Assembly (NCBI GenBank): GCA_002104905.1
Contig: MCFE01000158.1
Span: 85,992 to 149,991 of the forward strand
Length of the DNA stretch: 64,000 nt
DNA from: Basidiobolus meristosporus CBS 931.73
Lineage: Eukaryota > Fungi > Basidiobolomycota
Direction: 5' to 3'
Shown: one piece after another, positions 12,149 to 25,028 of the stretch
How positions within the stretch are numbered: position 1 is the first letter of the stretch
Layout: the number at the start of each line of letters is the position of its first letter
Program-made: the position numbers and the translations under genes
Notes under the pieces: model-generated
What the model was told of the DNA's origin: nothing
Database searches by the model: none
What the model saw: only the letters and a program-made list of their open reading frames with translations

Positions 12149-13369
12149 ATAAAGCAAGGAAAGCACTATTTTGAGCAACATAAGTAAGATTGAGTAAAAT
12201 TACCAGTAACTGTATCATACCACTGGCATCATGGTAGAAATTATAGTGCCAGATAGTGCCGTAGAGTGTCAGATTGATCCGGCACAATAAACAGGCTGGC
12301 ACTATGTGGAACTATCCAACGGAACAAGTCTAATATATATATATATAGGAATTCACAAAAACAAGAGCCAAAGCACACCTATAATGGGAACAGAGTCCAG
12401 CAGATAGAAGGAATATGTTAGCTAAATACAAAAAATTCTTTACCAATATTCAGGAGGTATTCATGACAAGATTGGTGGTTACCAGGTGTATGTTTGCAAA
12501 ATGTGATTGTTATCAGCAATACAAGATATATGGTAACTTTGAAAATATCAAACTAAAAAGCTATAAGGTTGAGGTTATAGATGTGTGTCAATTGTAGCAG
12601 TTGTTCATATATACAGAGGTTAGTAAATAGGAGGCCATAGTTTTCAATGGTTTAGACAAAATGTGTAGTTCCCAAGATAATGGTGGGTAAGTTAATCATG
12701 AGGGGTGATTTTACAGTGGAATATATGAATGGAGCAAGGGGACGTAGAGGGAGAAAGTATTGTTTTATTAAGTGGTACAGTAGCATTTTACAGAACTAGC
12801 TGTAGTCTGCCACACTGCTGTATATAGTGCCCACTTCTCCTCAGATAGAAGTAGAGCACATTAAGACTATCAGAATGCTGCACAATTGATTTCAAAAGAC
12901 CACTTGAGCACTGTCAAGCTTTCACCTTAGTTGGCAGTAAAAGCAGCAAAACAGCACCTCAATCCCAGCATAAGAATGTGTAAATGGCCAATAATGCCAA
13001 ACTGCTGGCTTTATGATGAACTCATTGTTGGATCCTGACAGCTGTTCTAGACTAGATCAACCTGGGTGACCATTTTATTTTTCACAGGGAGTGAGGGCAT
13101 TGTTTGAGTAAGAAAATAGTGAATAGGACAATGCAGCAATAGCAAATCAGCACACATGTATGGGAGGTGTTTGAGTGTTGGGATCAGAATGTAAGTGAAT
13201 TAGCAGTGAACAAATGAAAAACCGCTTAAGTATTGATGTGATGAAAAATTTGACCAGGCTTTTTGTAAAATATGGGGCCCAATGTTTTGTACACAGTCTT
13301 TGCATGGTAGCTTAATGGCATCACTATCTTAGCAATAGGATATAAAATCTGTGATGGCATATTGATGGG

Positions 13370-13700
13370 ATTATCACAATTATTTTTCATTAGGAAGCTA
13401 CAGAGATGGAGTACATGGCAGCCTGTGAGGCAGTAAGGAATAATGCAGTCAAGAAAGCTTTTCAAATATTTGGCCTTAATTCAAAAAGCCCCTGTTGCAT
13501 TGATTTGGGATAATTAAGGCTGCATACAAGTGTGTAGAAAACCAACCTTTCATGCCAGAACTAAGAGCATAGATACTAGACATCACTCATATGTAAAGCT
13601 TTTGATATCAACTTGGCCAACTTGACCCACCAGCTTATGGATGAAGTGATTGAAGATAGACTCACTAGGCCACAAGTAACAAATCATTTAATACATCTCA
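13370..13700 (+). mobile_element. Ty1/Copia RNase H relic
   Basis: TEMEYMAACEA..GCIQ..FHARTKSIDTRHH with stop codons. Confidence 0.7.
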
Positions 13701-14329
13701 GATCATAATAAGAATGAGGTTTTGTGATTATTGGTCTGATTAGGAGTAAAGTACAAGCTGGTAATATCACCCAAATACATGTTGCAAGAGTTTTGAAGAT
13801 AATAAAGATAACTGGGAGAGCTAGCATTTTATTTGATTTTCATATGGGTTTGGCAGAGCAAAATTTATAATACACTTAGGGCAGCTCCAGTAGCATATTT
13901 AAAAATTTCTGGCTGTTTGGATTACTTTGAGAATTCTGTTCCGCTTAGTTACTGATGTTATAGTGAATATATTTAGGTGGATCACAACAAATAACTTGCT
14001 CAGAGTTTTCTAAGAGTTGTATGTATTGACACAAGTGACTGTGTAAGAAAAATACAAAGGTGGAACTTCAAGCTTTTGCAACACTCTCAATCAGCTCAAT
14101 ATTCATATTAGCTAATCCTGATGGAGATCAAAGATACTCCAGCTTGTATGCATTATAATAGTTTGGCATATACCCCTGCAAACATTTCATCTGTAAGTCA
14201 GTAACCTAAGTTAGCAAGGCTATTCTCTAGAGTAATATATAGGAAATGATCTCAGTAAACTTGCATAGTTCAAGTGTAAAAAGTAAGATATCAACATAAT
14301 TGTATACATTCTTCATTATTTAAAATAAT

Positions 14330-15330
14330 GTGGCAGGGGGTTTTTGCCATAAGCCTGAGTCTCTGAAAAGCTTGCTGAGCCTCATTGCTTCCTTTGTAGC
14401 CTCAAGGGCTGCCATATACTCTGTTGCTGTGCTTAAAGCAATATAGCTGGTACTCTATCAAGTTCTACAAAGTTGCTCCTTTATAGTGAGGCAAGATGTA
14501 ACCAGCAGCAGATCTTCTTTCCTTATATTTTGTCACCGGTCAGCTTCAAAGTAGCCCTCAGGATCCTGTTCTAAAACTTGATAGGTGTGCCCTAAGCATG
14601 TATCAGCAGCTCTGTGTAAGTATCTGTAAGTTACCTTAACTGCTGCATTATAATAAGATTATTAATTTGATTAAGCTGGTAGACAACACCCACTGAATAC
14701 ACAATATCTGGAAACAAGAAGAGTCATAAAGTATTCTTCTTTGACTTCTTTATTTAAGTTATGCAGCTGTAGTAGCAGATCTTGAATGTAATATATAGAG
14801 TATGCACTTTCATGGATCAGATATCTTGCCATATCAATGATTGACCTGCTGGTATACTCTGACACTCCATTTTGCGGTGAGGAATAGGGTACTATAGTCT
14901 CTTGGCTCATCCAGTGAGTTTTGCCGGTGCAGACAAAGAACTTTGCAGTAATTTGTCTACCATTGCCCTGGCATATTCCTACATTTGCTCACAGGCTTAT
15001 CTTGCCATTAGTGCCCTTAGCCCCATGAGCTTAGACAGAGCTTCTTCCTTTCTTTACATGATAATTAAAGCTGATTTGTCCAAGCATTCATTGCCAAAGC
15101 ACCAGTGCATCTTCACTTATATTACTTATATTGACCTTGAGATTTAATGGAATGTAAGTTTAATCTGTTCAGATTTTGAGCATTATACCCAAAGCAATGT
15201 GAGCATCATTTAGTTTTATGATTCTACATCCAAGATTACTATATTTGAGGCTGAGTCTCCATGCTGTTGTCTTCTTTAAGTCAATAGATTTGTGAGGGTC
15301 TTGGAGGTATTGAAAGTGATTGGGAGAACA
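14330..15330 (-). mobile_element. Ty1/Copia integrase and RNase H relic
   Basis: PYSSPQNGVSE..SIIDMAR (integrase) and ALSTATEYMAALEATKEA (RNase H). Confidence 0.7.
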
Positions 15331-15339
15331 ACTAGACTA

Positions 15340-15960
15340 TAAGGCTTTCACTTGATATTTATTGATTGTAAAACAGCAATTAGACTTTTGCATGATTGTG
15401 GCATATCAAAACTGTAGAGAAGATCTAGGGAGCTCCCAACAACATGTGTGCAAAGTTTGGGGCTGTCTGGACAACTTTGAGAAGTTTCATGTTCAGGGTA
15501 TTTGATATTCTGATGAAAATATTCTAGGTAAGTCCCAACAAGAAATTTGGTCATTATTTTGTGAGATTTGTAAGTAATGATCTAAGCAACTATGTCAGGT
15601 GAATACTCAGGTGCAAGTACAGATATATAAATTACTCCAACTCAACTAAACATTCAGACAGACTTGTCCTAATCTTGACCCAAAATATTTGAATCTGCCT
15701 CTAGCTAATTGATTGGCAATTATGTCTGCAATTATATCTTCTGTAGAACAGTAAACTAAGTTAACTAAGCTATTTTCTATAGCTTCCTTTATGAAATGAT
15801 GTCTAATAACTATGTGCTCAGCTTTAGCATGAGAAGTTATATTTCTACCTGATTGTATACATCCTTGATTATCTGTATAGAAAGTAAGCATTTCTTGATA
15901 TAAATATAAATCTTCAATGAGCTTTCTTGAAAACATTGCTTTTTGTGAAGCTTCACAGGA
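15340..15960 (-). mobile_element. Ty1/Copia 3' end plus LTR
   Basis: YTDNQGCIQ..HAKAEHIVIRHHFIKE..YCSTEDIIAD. The region 15430-15640 resembles the reverse complement of LTR 24124-24455. Confidence 0.7.
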
Positions 15961-16057
15961 AGTTGTATACTCTGCCTATGTTGTGGAAAGTGCACAGTAG
16001 ATAGCTATCTTAAATTCCATGATATTACACTTTACAGTGAAGAAAGGTTGTTACAAG

Positions 16058-17030
16058 TGTTATGATCTACCGCTTAAATGTTTAGGCTAGATCAATATTT
16101 GGTCAAATCAATTACTTTTATGTTTAGCCTTTCAGTACATCAGTGTTATCTATCAGATCAGTAGCATTAGTCAGCAAATTAATCAGCAGATCCTTATCAG
16201 ACAGAAATAGATATATTAAGTAGGATCTTATTGGGTGATGATGATGCAATCAAATGAGTCATCAGCCACAGCCTACATTAGGCAATACAACTAGTCAGCA
16301 ATTAATTGGGCAAAATACATATAAGAAGCTGCTGGAACCTCAATAAAAATCAGGTCAAGTTTTAGCAAATACAATACTAGCTAAACTCTCCATTCCTCTA
16401 CAACTCTTATACCAAGGCCATAACATTGGTAGCAACAATAACCAGAAACCTCTCTTGCAAAGAAAGAAGAAGCCTCCCTCAAGATCTCAGAGAATCAATA
16501 ATGGAAGAATGCAATGCAGCAAACCCTGGCCCAATAGCAACAGTTACTTCAGATCTTTAGCCAGCAACAACAAGGAATGACTACCATGGCCCAAAGCCAG
16601 CCAAACCCTGTCAAGAACAGCTTTAGTGTGGAGGTCAACCAGTACCATGGTAGAGTCGATGCAAACCTGGGAACTTGGTTTGTCCCAATTGAAGAAGCTT
16701 TAAGGCTAAGGGAATTGCTCCAGAAAGCAAGTTAAATTATGCAGCCTCTTACCTGGCAGATGCAGCTTCACAGTGGCACCTCAACAAGATCAGGTCAGCC
16801 ACCATGATGGGATGCTCTACAATCCCTACCTGGGACTAGTTGGTGTAGGAAATTCAGGATGATTTTGAACCTCCACAGCAGCAGACACTACTAAGAAGAA
16901 AGTTGAAGATACTCAGACAGAAAGGAATGGTCCAAGAGTATGTATATGAATATAGATGTCTACTTGGACAACTTGAAAGAATGGACCCTGTGGATCAAGT
17001 GGAATACCTTATTGATGAGTAGAAACACAG
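16058..17030 (+). mobile_element. Ty3/Gypsy 5' end: family-A LTR (16058-16425), PBS and gag relic
   Basis: TGTTA...TAACA LTR followed by TTGGTAGC, then gag-like AASYLADAASQW..LRQKGMVQEYVYEYR. Confidence 0.75.
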
Positions 17031-17036
17031 AACTTG

Positions 17037-20000
17037 AGTTACAAGTCTTGGTATAAGAGTTGTAGAGGAATAGGGAGTTTAGCTGGTGTTGTATTCACTA
17101 AAACTTGAACTGATCTTTATGGTGGTTCCAGCAGCTCCTTATATACATTTTGCCAGATCAATTGCTGACTAATTGTATATCCTAATGTAGGCTGTGGCTG
17201 ATGACTCATTTGATTGCATCATCATCACCCAATCAGATCCTACCTAATATATCTATTTCTGTCCAGTAAGGACCTGCTGACTCATTTGCTGACTAATACT
17301 ACTGATTTGATAGATAATAGTGACATACTGATAAGTTAAGCATATAACTAATTGATTTGACTAAAAGCTGATCTAACTCAAAAATCCAAGTGGTAGATCA
17401 CAAAATTCTCCCCTACCAAAGTTGAGAGGGTTCTCCTGAATCTCTTTTCTTGTGATACCAATATCTTGATGGTTCAGTATTATCAGCAAGTCTTGCAAGC
17501 TTGAGTCTGTCCCTATGTACTAAGTCTTCCCAGATACTGCCTTGTTTGTCCACTAGTTGTAAGTTGCAAATGGACATTCTCTGATGATCTTGAATGGTCC
17601 TGTCCATTGTGGCTCAAACTTCTTCTAGGTGCAGTTTCTTGGCAATACAAAGTTCCTAACTGTCAATGCTTCTGGTGCTATAGTTTTTAAATCTCTGCTT
17701 AATCTTTTCTGCACTTTGAGATACGTTGGTCTGTGCCTCTTGACATCTTTGTTCCAGTTGCTGGTGTCAATTTGGCTGACTGAGTTCATCTTCTAAGGTG
17801 TCTGTAAGCTTTGGTTGTGTGAGATCTCCTGGAATCCTTGGTTCACATCCATACACTAAGTCCAATGGTAATTCTTGGGAGGTGTTGTGAACTCTGACTC
17901 TGCATGCAAAGAGTACTTGGTCTATATACTCATCCCATCTACTGACAACTCCATTTGCATACTTGGTCAGCATTTTTCCAAATAAGCCATTAAACCATTC
18001 AGTGACTCCATTAGTTCCGGGGTGATATGCCAAGGTTTTCCAGTGATTGATATGCTGCATTTCCAGGTAAGCTTCCAATGTCTTTGCCATAAAGTTTGCA
18101 CCTCTGTTGGATAGAATCTATACATGGCATCCAAACCTCATAAGGATCTTGTGGTAGATGAAACTTACAACTTCATTTTCACTGACTATAGGTGCAGCTT
18201 TAGCCACTGGCCATTTAGTGGCATGGACAATTGCTACTAGGATCCAACAGTTGCATTTCCTGGTAGTTGGCAGTCTTCCAATTAAGTCAATACCCCGTTT
18301 TTTAAATGGTCTTACAGGCTCTAAGAAAAGAGTATGGCAATTCTCTGTGGTTGGCCTTGGTAGATATGGTAATTTGGGCATGTTTTCACTAGCTTCTCAA
18401 TGGCATGTTTCATTCTGGGCCACCATACTCTGGCTTTCATAAGGCTATAGGTCCATATCCATTGTGTAGCTTATGTATTAAATCCAGGCAAGCAACATAA
18501 GGGCAATTAGGCAATAGGGCTTCCATCAACAACTTGATAGAGTGTTTCATCCTATACTACAAATTTGTTGGCTTTATCCCAGATTATCTTCTTGATATTT
18601 TCATCCACCTCATCAGGAAAGGCTTGGTCCTCCAAGTACTTTGGTAATAGGCTAGGTCAATCTGATTCATGCACCAAGTTGAGTTGTGCAACTTGCTCTA
18701 ATCTTGGTAAGGCATCAGCAACTGTGTTGCTTTTTCCAGGGCAGTTAACAATCTCCAAATCAAATTGCTGAATATATTCACTCCATCTTGTCATTCTTCT
18801 ACAGAGTACTTTCTGAGTAAATATATGCTTGAGGGAGGAATGATCAGTCTTCACAGTGGATTTGACTCCTTCAATATAGCATCTCCATGTCTTCAAACAG
18901 TGTATTATAGCACGCATCTCCTTCTCATGCACTGGATAGTTTTGTTCTGCTGAGTTCAGTTTCTTGGATTCAAAGGCAATGAGGTGGTCCTTTCCCTTCT
19001 GTTCTTGGCTCAACACTCCACCAATTGCATAATCTGAAGCATCTGTGCACAAAGTGAACTCTTTTCTAAAGTCAGGTATTCTTAAGCTTGGTAATGTAGC
19101 AAGTTCTTTCTTGAGCATCTGGAAGGCAGTGTCACAAGCTATGTCTCACTTGTAGGTTTTGTCTTTCTTGAGGATACCGGTTAAAGGGGCTGCAACACTT
19201 GCAAAGACTTGACAAATCTCCAATAATAGAAAACCACTTGAAGGAATGATCTGAGCTCTGATATGCTATGGGGCTGCTTCAGGTTCTTGATAACTTCAGC
19301 CTTCTTAGGATCTAAGGTTACTCCTGTGCCAGTCACTATGTGTCCCAGATATTCAACGTGTTCCTTGAAGAATTCACACTTGGCTAGCTTGACATATAGT
19401 TTGCTCTCTATTAGATTCTTCAAGACCTTTTCAGTGTGTACCAAGTGATCCTCTACTGTCTTGCTGTATATCAATATATCATTTAGGTAGATTATCACTT
19501 ACTTGTCTAAGTACTCCTGGCAGACAGTCTGCATCAGGGTCATGAATGTTGCAGGGGCATTGGTGAGGCCAAAACTCATGACTAAGTACTTGTAATGTCC
19601 ATAGCTAGTCCTGAATGCTGTCTTAGGGATGTCTTCTGGCTTCACCCTAATCTGGTAGTATCCTGACATGAGGTCAATCTTGCTGAAAATAGTGGCTCCA
19701 TGGAGCTGGTCCAAAAGCTCATCAATCCAAGGTATGGGGTACTTATTCTTCACAGTGACTGAGTTGAGGGCTCTGTAGTCAATGCACATCCTAAGTGTTC
19801 CTTCCTTCTTCTTCACAAAAAGGACTGGTGCTCCCCAAGGTGACCTGCTGAGACTGATATATCCTTGCTCCAGTAACTGATCTATTTGTCTCTTCATCTC
19901 TTCTAACTCCAATGGACTCATTCTGTAAGGTGTCTTACTCACTGGAGGGCTATCTCCTGTTTCAATGGCATGATCCACATCTCTGACTGGTGGTAGGCTT

Positions 20001-20430
20001 ATAAGCTCATATGGAAATGCATCTGAATATTCTCTTAAAAGAGTCTGGACCTGCTGGGGTACTAGAGTAGAGGAATCCTCCCATAATACTGCCATGAGGA
20101 ACATCTGGGTGCCTTTTCCTAGTGCTCTACAGAACTGTGTCTTGCTAAGTTCACCTGTTTCACACACACTAGAATTGACCAAGTTAAAATCCAGTCTGGC
20201 AGGTAATAGCTGATAGGTCTTGTAGTCCTTCTGGATCTGAGTAGCATGGGTTCACCAGTTGATTGATGGATTACAACACATAGCCAGGTTTTTCCAAGTA
20301 CAGGGTCAAACTTGCAGTTCCCAAATATATAGACCTGTAGATCCACTTTGTAGTCATAGATTTTCATCCTTACTGGCAGAGTAATACAGTTGACTATGTA
20401 AGAGTTCCCATCAGCTGTTCTCAAGACCCA
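17037..20430 (-). mobile_element. Ty3/Gypsy pol relic (PR-RT-RH-INT) with family-A 3' LTR (17037-17402)
   Basis: [48 protein letters not shown] and AYHPGTNGVTEWFN. PPT ggggagaa precedes the LTR. Confidence 0.9.
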
Positions 20431-20436
20431 GTAACT

Positions 20437-20643
20437 TTGGAATCCTATGAAGTTGAAGCTATTGTGGACCATGATGGAGAAGAGCCAAATTGCCTTTATT
20501 TAGTCAAGTGGAAAGGCTATGATGCCAAACACAACACCTGGGAACCTTACACCAACTTTGATGATGTTGCCATTATTGATCAGTATTGGAGCCGCAGAGG
20601 AACCCAGAAGGTATCAAAAAACTCCTCTTCCGGAGGGAAATGA
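20437..20643 (+). mobile_element. Chromodomain C-terminus of a chromovirus integrase
   Basis: YEVEAIVDH..YLVKWKGY...HNTWEP..F, directly followed by a purine tract and an LTR. Confidence 0.85.
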
Positions 20644-21340
20644 TGTTGTGCATCAACATTTAAAACTTAGCCAATTTTACCCCATTTGAAAATCTAGTAC
20701 CCTAACTGATTTTCCCTAACCCAAACATAACAAATCCCAGTTACAGTTTATTTTATCCCACCTCAGAATCTATTTTTAGCTATCACACCTGATCTATTTT
20801 CAAATGGTCATTACGTTATCAACCTATCTGTCAAGCCTTCCCAGGTGATTAGTCATCTGAGATCTATCCAACCACTGTGTAGTTGCCAAGACATCAGTTG
20901 ATTGATGATGTAATTTTCATTTATCTTATGCACCTATGAATACCCAAATTGATTTCAATCAATCCAGTCCCTTGGCGCTTACTAATTCAACTTGATCAGA
21001 AAAGTATAAATAAAGTTTACTGAACCTTTTGGTTTAGTGTGTGTCTCAACAAAATTAAGATTCTGTCTCAGCAAAAATAAGAGTCCAACAATTCCGTTCT
21101 AGTTTCTATCCAAGCCTAGTATATCTAGCACTCCAAAGAACACCAAGCCTAGCCTGCCTAGCAAACAAATATCATTGTCTTTATAGCCAACCCAGCTATA
21201 TCCAAGACCAATATTAGATCAGAATCTTTCTGCTAATATTTCCGCCACTCTCTGACAATTCTAACATTCCGCACTTAATTGTCCCTTTGGTTCAGTTAAA
21301 CCATTCAAGAGTTTTATTACACTTTCTTTTGAATACAACA
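20644..21340 (+). repeat. Family-B LTR (3' LTR of chromovirus)
   Basis: TGTTG...CAACA termini, near-identical to 53401-54097. Confidence 0.9.
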
Positions 21341-21344
21341 AACA

Positions 21345-22800
21345 TACAAAAGTCAGCATGTAATTGCAGCAAAGCTGGCAAGCTATAAGCCATTTACCAG
21401 AATATGGTGTTAATTGAAAACCAGTGATACTAAAGAAGGAAGGAATCTATGGGAGCAAAAGCTTTCCACTAGGAGCAATGCATTTGCTCTTCAACACATA
21501 ACTATACTATTGACAAAGTTGCACTTGGGGTATTTCAAGCTGAATGTGCCCCCCAAGATAATGGAGAAATTCAAAAGAATTTGCAAGCAATTATGTAGTA
21601 TCTGCTACCTAAAGTATTTCTCACAAGCTCCAATGAATATTCATATGCATGTACCACAATACAAACACCAGGACTGGATGAGCTGGATATGTATAGATTC
21701 AAGTGGCCTTCTGAAGCAGTCTCCACCAAGAGTACATTGGAAGCATTGGAAGTCATATGTTGACATTAACAGAATATTTATTCAGAGGTGGATCACAACT
21801 GCCAACTTGACACATCTACAGCTTTTATGCAGGGAGTGTGTGTTGGGATATGAGTGTCTGTATTCCAAGCATAAAGCTGAACATGTAGATCTGTGCTGCT
21901 ACTGCATCCATTCCTTACCTCATCTTGCTTGTTGTGTGGAGAATATTGGCCCATGCTGCACCATTTAGGAGTTTCCTATGGAGTAGATATGCTGGGAAAT
22001 AGGAAGACAAGTCAAGTAGCAAGCACTACCATATCCCAATCTCATCAAGCATATTATCTTCAAGTCCATCATGGATATGATGAGCTGGCATGTGGAGGAT
22101 GGCCAGGAAGAGTTGGAGAATACTGAGGACAGATGTGCATGTAGAGACACCTATGTCTTTGACATTAAGAAGCTAAGCAGCCCCAATGTGTGGGTAGTTA
22201 GTTAGCAATGCAAGGTTGGGTTGGATGTAACAAGCAGCTAATATTTATCAGGCCAACTTTACAACAGTATGGCAGGTTTCTCCTGGATACAAGTCAATTT
22301 CTACACAATTCAATATGGAATTCATACAAGCAAGAGTTAAAGTGCACCTATAGGGGAGACTTGAACTCAGCAGGGTGAAGAAATACATTGGCAAGGCACC
22401 AAAATGTTTTCCAAGGATATTAAAGAGGTATTCATGACCAAGTGGTAGCAACCTGGTAAATGTTTGCAAGATGTATATGTTACCAGCAATACAGGGTATA
22501 TGGTAACTTTGCAAGTATCACACCAACAAGTCATAAAGTTGAGGTGATAGAAGCATGTCTATTACAGCAGGTGTGCATGTATGTAGTAGTTGGTAAGCTG
22601 GAGGCCATAGCTTTTTTGACTCATACTATATGTGGAATACTCATAGTAGCAGTGGGTAAGCAAAGTCTTGGGATGATTCTATAATAGAATAAATGAATGA
22701 CCCAAGTGAATGTGGCAATAGGAAATACCATTTGGCAAATTGGTATAGTAGCATTATACAATACTAGCTGTAGGGCACTGTACTGCCATTATAATGGCCA
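21345..22800 (+). mobile_element. CACTA/En-Spm transposase relic, second copy
   Basis: IHSLPHL..VENIGP....EFPMERYAG. Nucleotide similarity to 7900-8900 and 12350-12830. Confidence 0.7.
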
Positions 22801-22959
22801 CAGATGTCCACATCAAGGCCATCAAATTCCTGTTGAAGAACTTCCCAAACATCAAGTATATTTACTAAGCTTTGCAGTAGTATCTGCAAAAACTGTCACA
22901 ATCCCATTATAACATTGTGAGGAGGGTCAATAATTTCAAGTTGCAGGCATTATGATGGC

Positions 22960-24455
22960 CTTATTGTGGGATTTTGGTGGCTGATCTGGATTAGATCCAC
23001 CTTTGGGACCAAGATATATTTCATATGGTTCAAGATAGATACTTATTTAGAATCACTGAGTTTCCAAAGAAGTACTGCTAGCTATAGTATTGACTATAGG
23101 TCAGGTAGAGCAAGTCTGGTTCTATTAGCTCTATGTGCGGATGATCTTATTATAGCCACTGATAATGAAAAAACATTGGAAATGACTAAATCCAGCCAAC
23201 CTAAAGAGCTCATAATGTCCAATCTAGAAGAAGTCAGTTACTACTCAAGAATAAAGCTCTCTATATACAGAAGCACCCAGACTATCACCCTAAGCCAGTC
23301 CAAGTATACTCACAATATACTCAAGAAGTCCCAAATGGATGACTGTAAATCAGCAGCTACTCCAATGGAAACTAACCTTGACTTAATCAACCCTCAACCA
23401 AATTAAGAGAGCTTGATGCCATCTGAAAGCCCAGAATACCCTTGCCAGTTTATAGTTGGCAATCTGATAAATATCATGCTTGGAAGATGTCCAGATGTGT
23501 CATATTCAGTGGGAGCTGTCAGCCAGCACAATCAGAACTAGGATCTGATCATATTGCAGCAGTTAAGTGGTATTTGGATACCTAAGAGGAACTGCTGATA
23601 TCTGCTTAAGGTACATCTAAAAGGATTCAGAACAAGATCTTGTGGGATACTCTAATGATGATTGGGGACAAAGCTTGGAAGACAGAAAATCCACCACAGG
23701 ATACACCATTCTTTACTGTAAAGGAGCAATTTTATGGAATTCAAGAAAGCAACCAACTGTAGCACTTCCAATCACAGAGGCAGAGTATATGGCAGCCTGT
23801 GAAGCTACAAAAGAATCAATGTGGCTAAGGAAGCTTTTCAAATATTTTGGCTTATGTCAAAAAATGCCTAATACTTTATTTCAAAATAATTAAGGATGTA
23901 TACAATTAGGAAGAAATCCAACTTTTCATGCTATAACTAAGCACCTGGATATTAGACATCATTTCATATGTGAAGCTACAGAGAGTGACTTGGCTAGCTT
24001 AGCTTACTGTCCTACAGATGAAATGATTGCAGACATATTTACCAAACCATTAGCTAGGGACAAGTTTGAATATCTTAGGTCAAAATCAGGACTAGTCAAT
24101 ATGAACATTTAGCTGAGTGGGAGTGTTGTAAGAATTTATAATTCCACCTAAATATTCACTTAACATAGTCACTTAGATCATTACCTTCAAATCCTAGAGA
24201 ATACTGACTAAAATCCTTGTTGGGATTCACTTAGAATATTTACCCAGAACATGAAAATTCTCAAAGCTGCTCAAACAGCCCCAAACTTTGCACACATGTT
24301 CTTGGGGCCTTCCTCAACCTACTTTGTGTGTATGTTGTGCCAAGACCATGTAAAAGTATAAGTACTACTTTACATTCAATAAATCATCAAGTGTAAACCA
24401 CATAATCTACTTGTTCTCCCAAATCACTTCCAATATCTCCAAGACTCTTACAACA
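22960..24455 (+). mobile_element. Ty1/Copia 3' half (RT, RNase H, LTR)
   Basis: ADDLII, LSQSKY, GYSNDDW..DRKSTTGY, SRKQPTVAL..EAEYMA, MIADIFTKPL, then a PPT. Confidence 0.9.
24124..24455 (+). repeat. Copia 3' LTR
   Basis: Perfect 10-bp inverted termini TGTTGTAAGA...TCTTACAACA after a purine tract. Confidence 0.85.
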
Positions 24456-25000
24456 CCTTTAACATTAAGGCAAATGCAGTTAAAGGCGCATTTTTCTTTC
24501 TTTTGATACTTTAAGGCTTGCCCTCCTATGTTTTTAGGATGGCATTCTTCTCCCATAACAATATCCCAAAGGCCTCTTTTTTGTAGCAGGTGTAATTACA
24601 AAATCTGTAACAAATATTTAGATGTATTTATGAAATACACATCACTTGGGACCTTGCTTGGCATATTCTATATGCTTGTTGGGCCAAGACCATGTAAAAG
24701 TACAAACACCACTCATACATTCAGTAAATCATTATGTGAACACCCCATAATCTACTTGTTCTCCCAATCACATTGGGGCTCCACTGCATACAGAACTCAT
24801 GTTGTGGCAGCAGTGAGCCACTGTTTCCAAGGCAACAGATTGAAGGCCTACAGGGTGTGCCATTGTTGCTCAAGTGGACCTGCATCCTACATGACATACT
24901 CCAGCACCCCACTGATTATTAGTATGAAAGGTTGGCTGGGCGTATGAAGACCATTTCTCCAAGGAATTTGGGGACAAATTGAATCACCCTTTCGGTCAAG

Positions 25001-25028
25001 CTCCCCCTCCCCCTCCCCCTCCCCCTCC
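25001..25028. repeat. (TCCCCC)n microsatellite
   Basis: ctccccctccccctccccctccccctcc read directly. Confidence 0.9.

Larger units (their letters stand above)
8914..12331 (+). mobile_element. PHIS (Pangu-type) DNA transposon, copy 2, potentially autonomous
   Basis: TIRs AGACTTGTTCCATTG / CAACGGAACAAGTCT, AAT TSD (8911-8913, 12332-12334), intact transposase. Confidence 0.92.
7060..12830 (+). mobile_element. CACTA/En-Spm transposase relic interrupted by a MITE and transposon copy 2
   Basis: Motifs LTLDGF..SCWPL..SGPKLPSNLSSYLYPLLGE..GDTLAISK..GHNG and C-terminal H....GP...FPMER. Similar to 21345-22800. Ends are approximate. Confidence 0.7.

Noticed and set aside
12820-12830. TAGTG as the CACTA terminal repeat
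   Set aside because: No matching left end or TSD could be identified in the degraded sequence.
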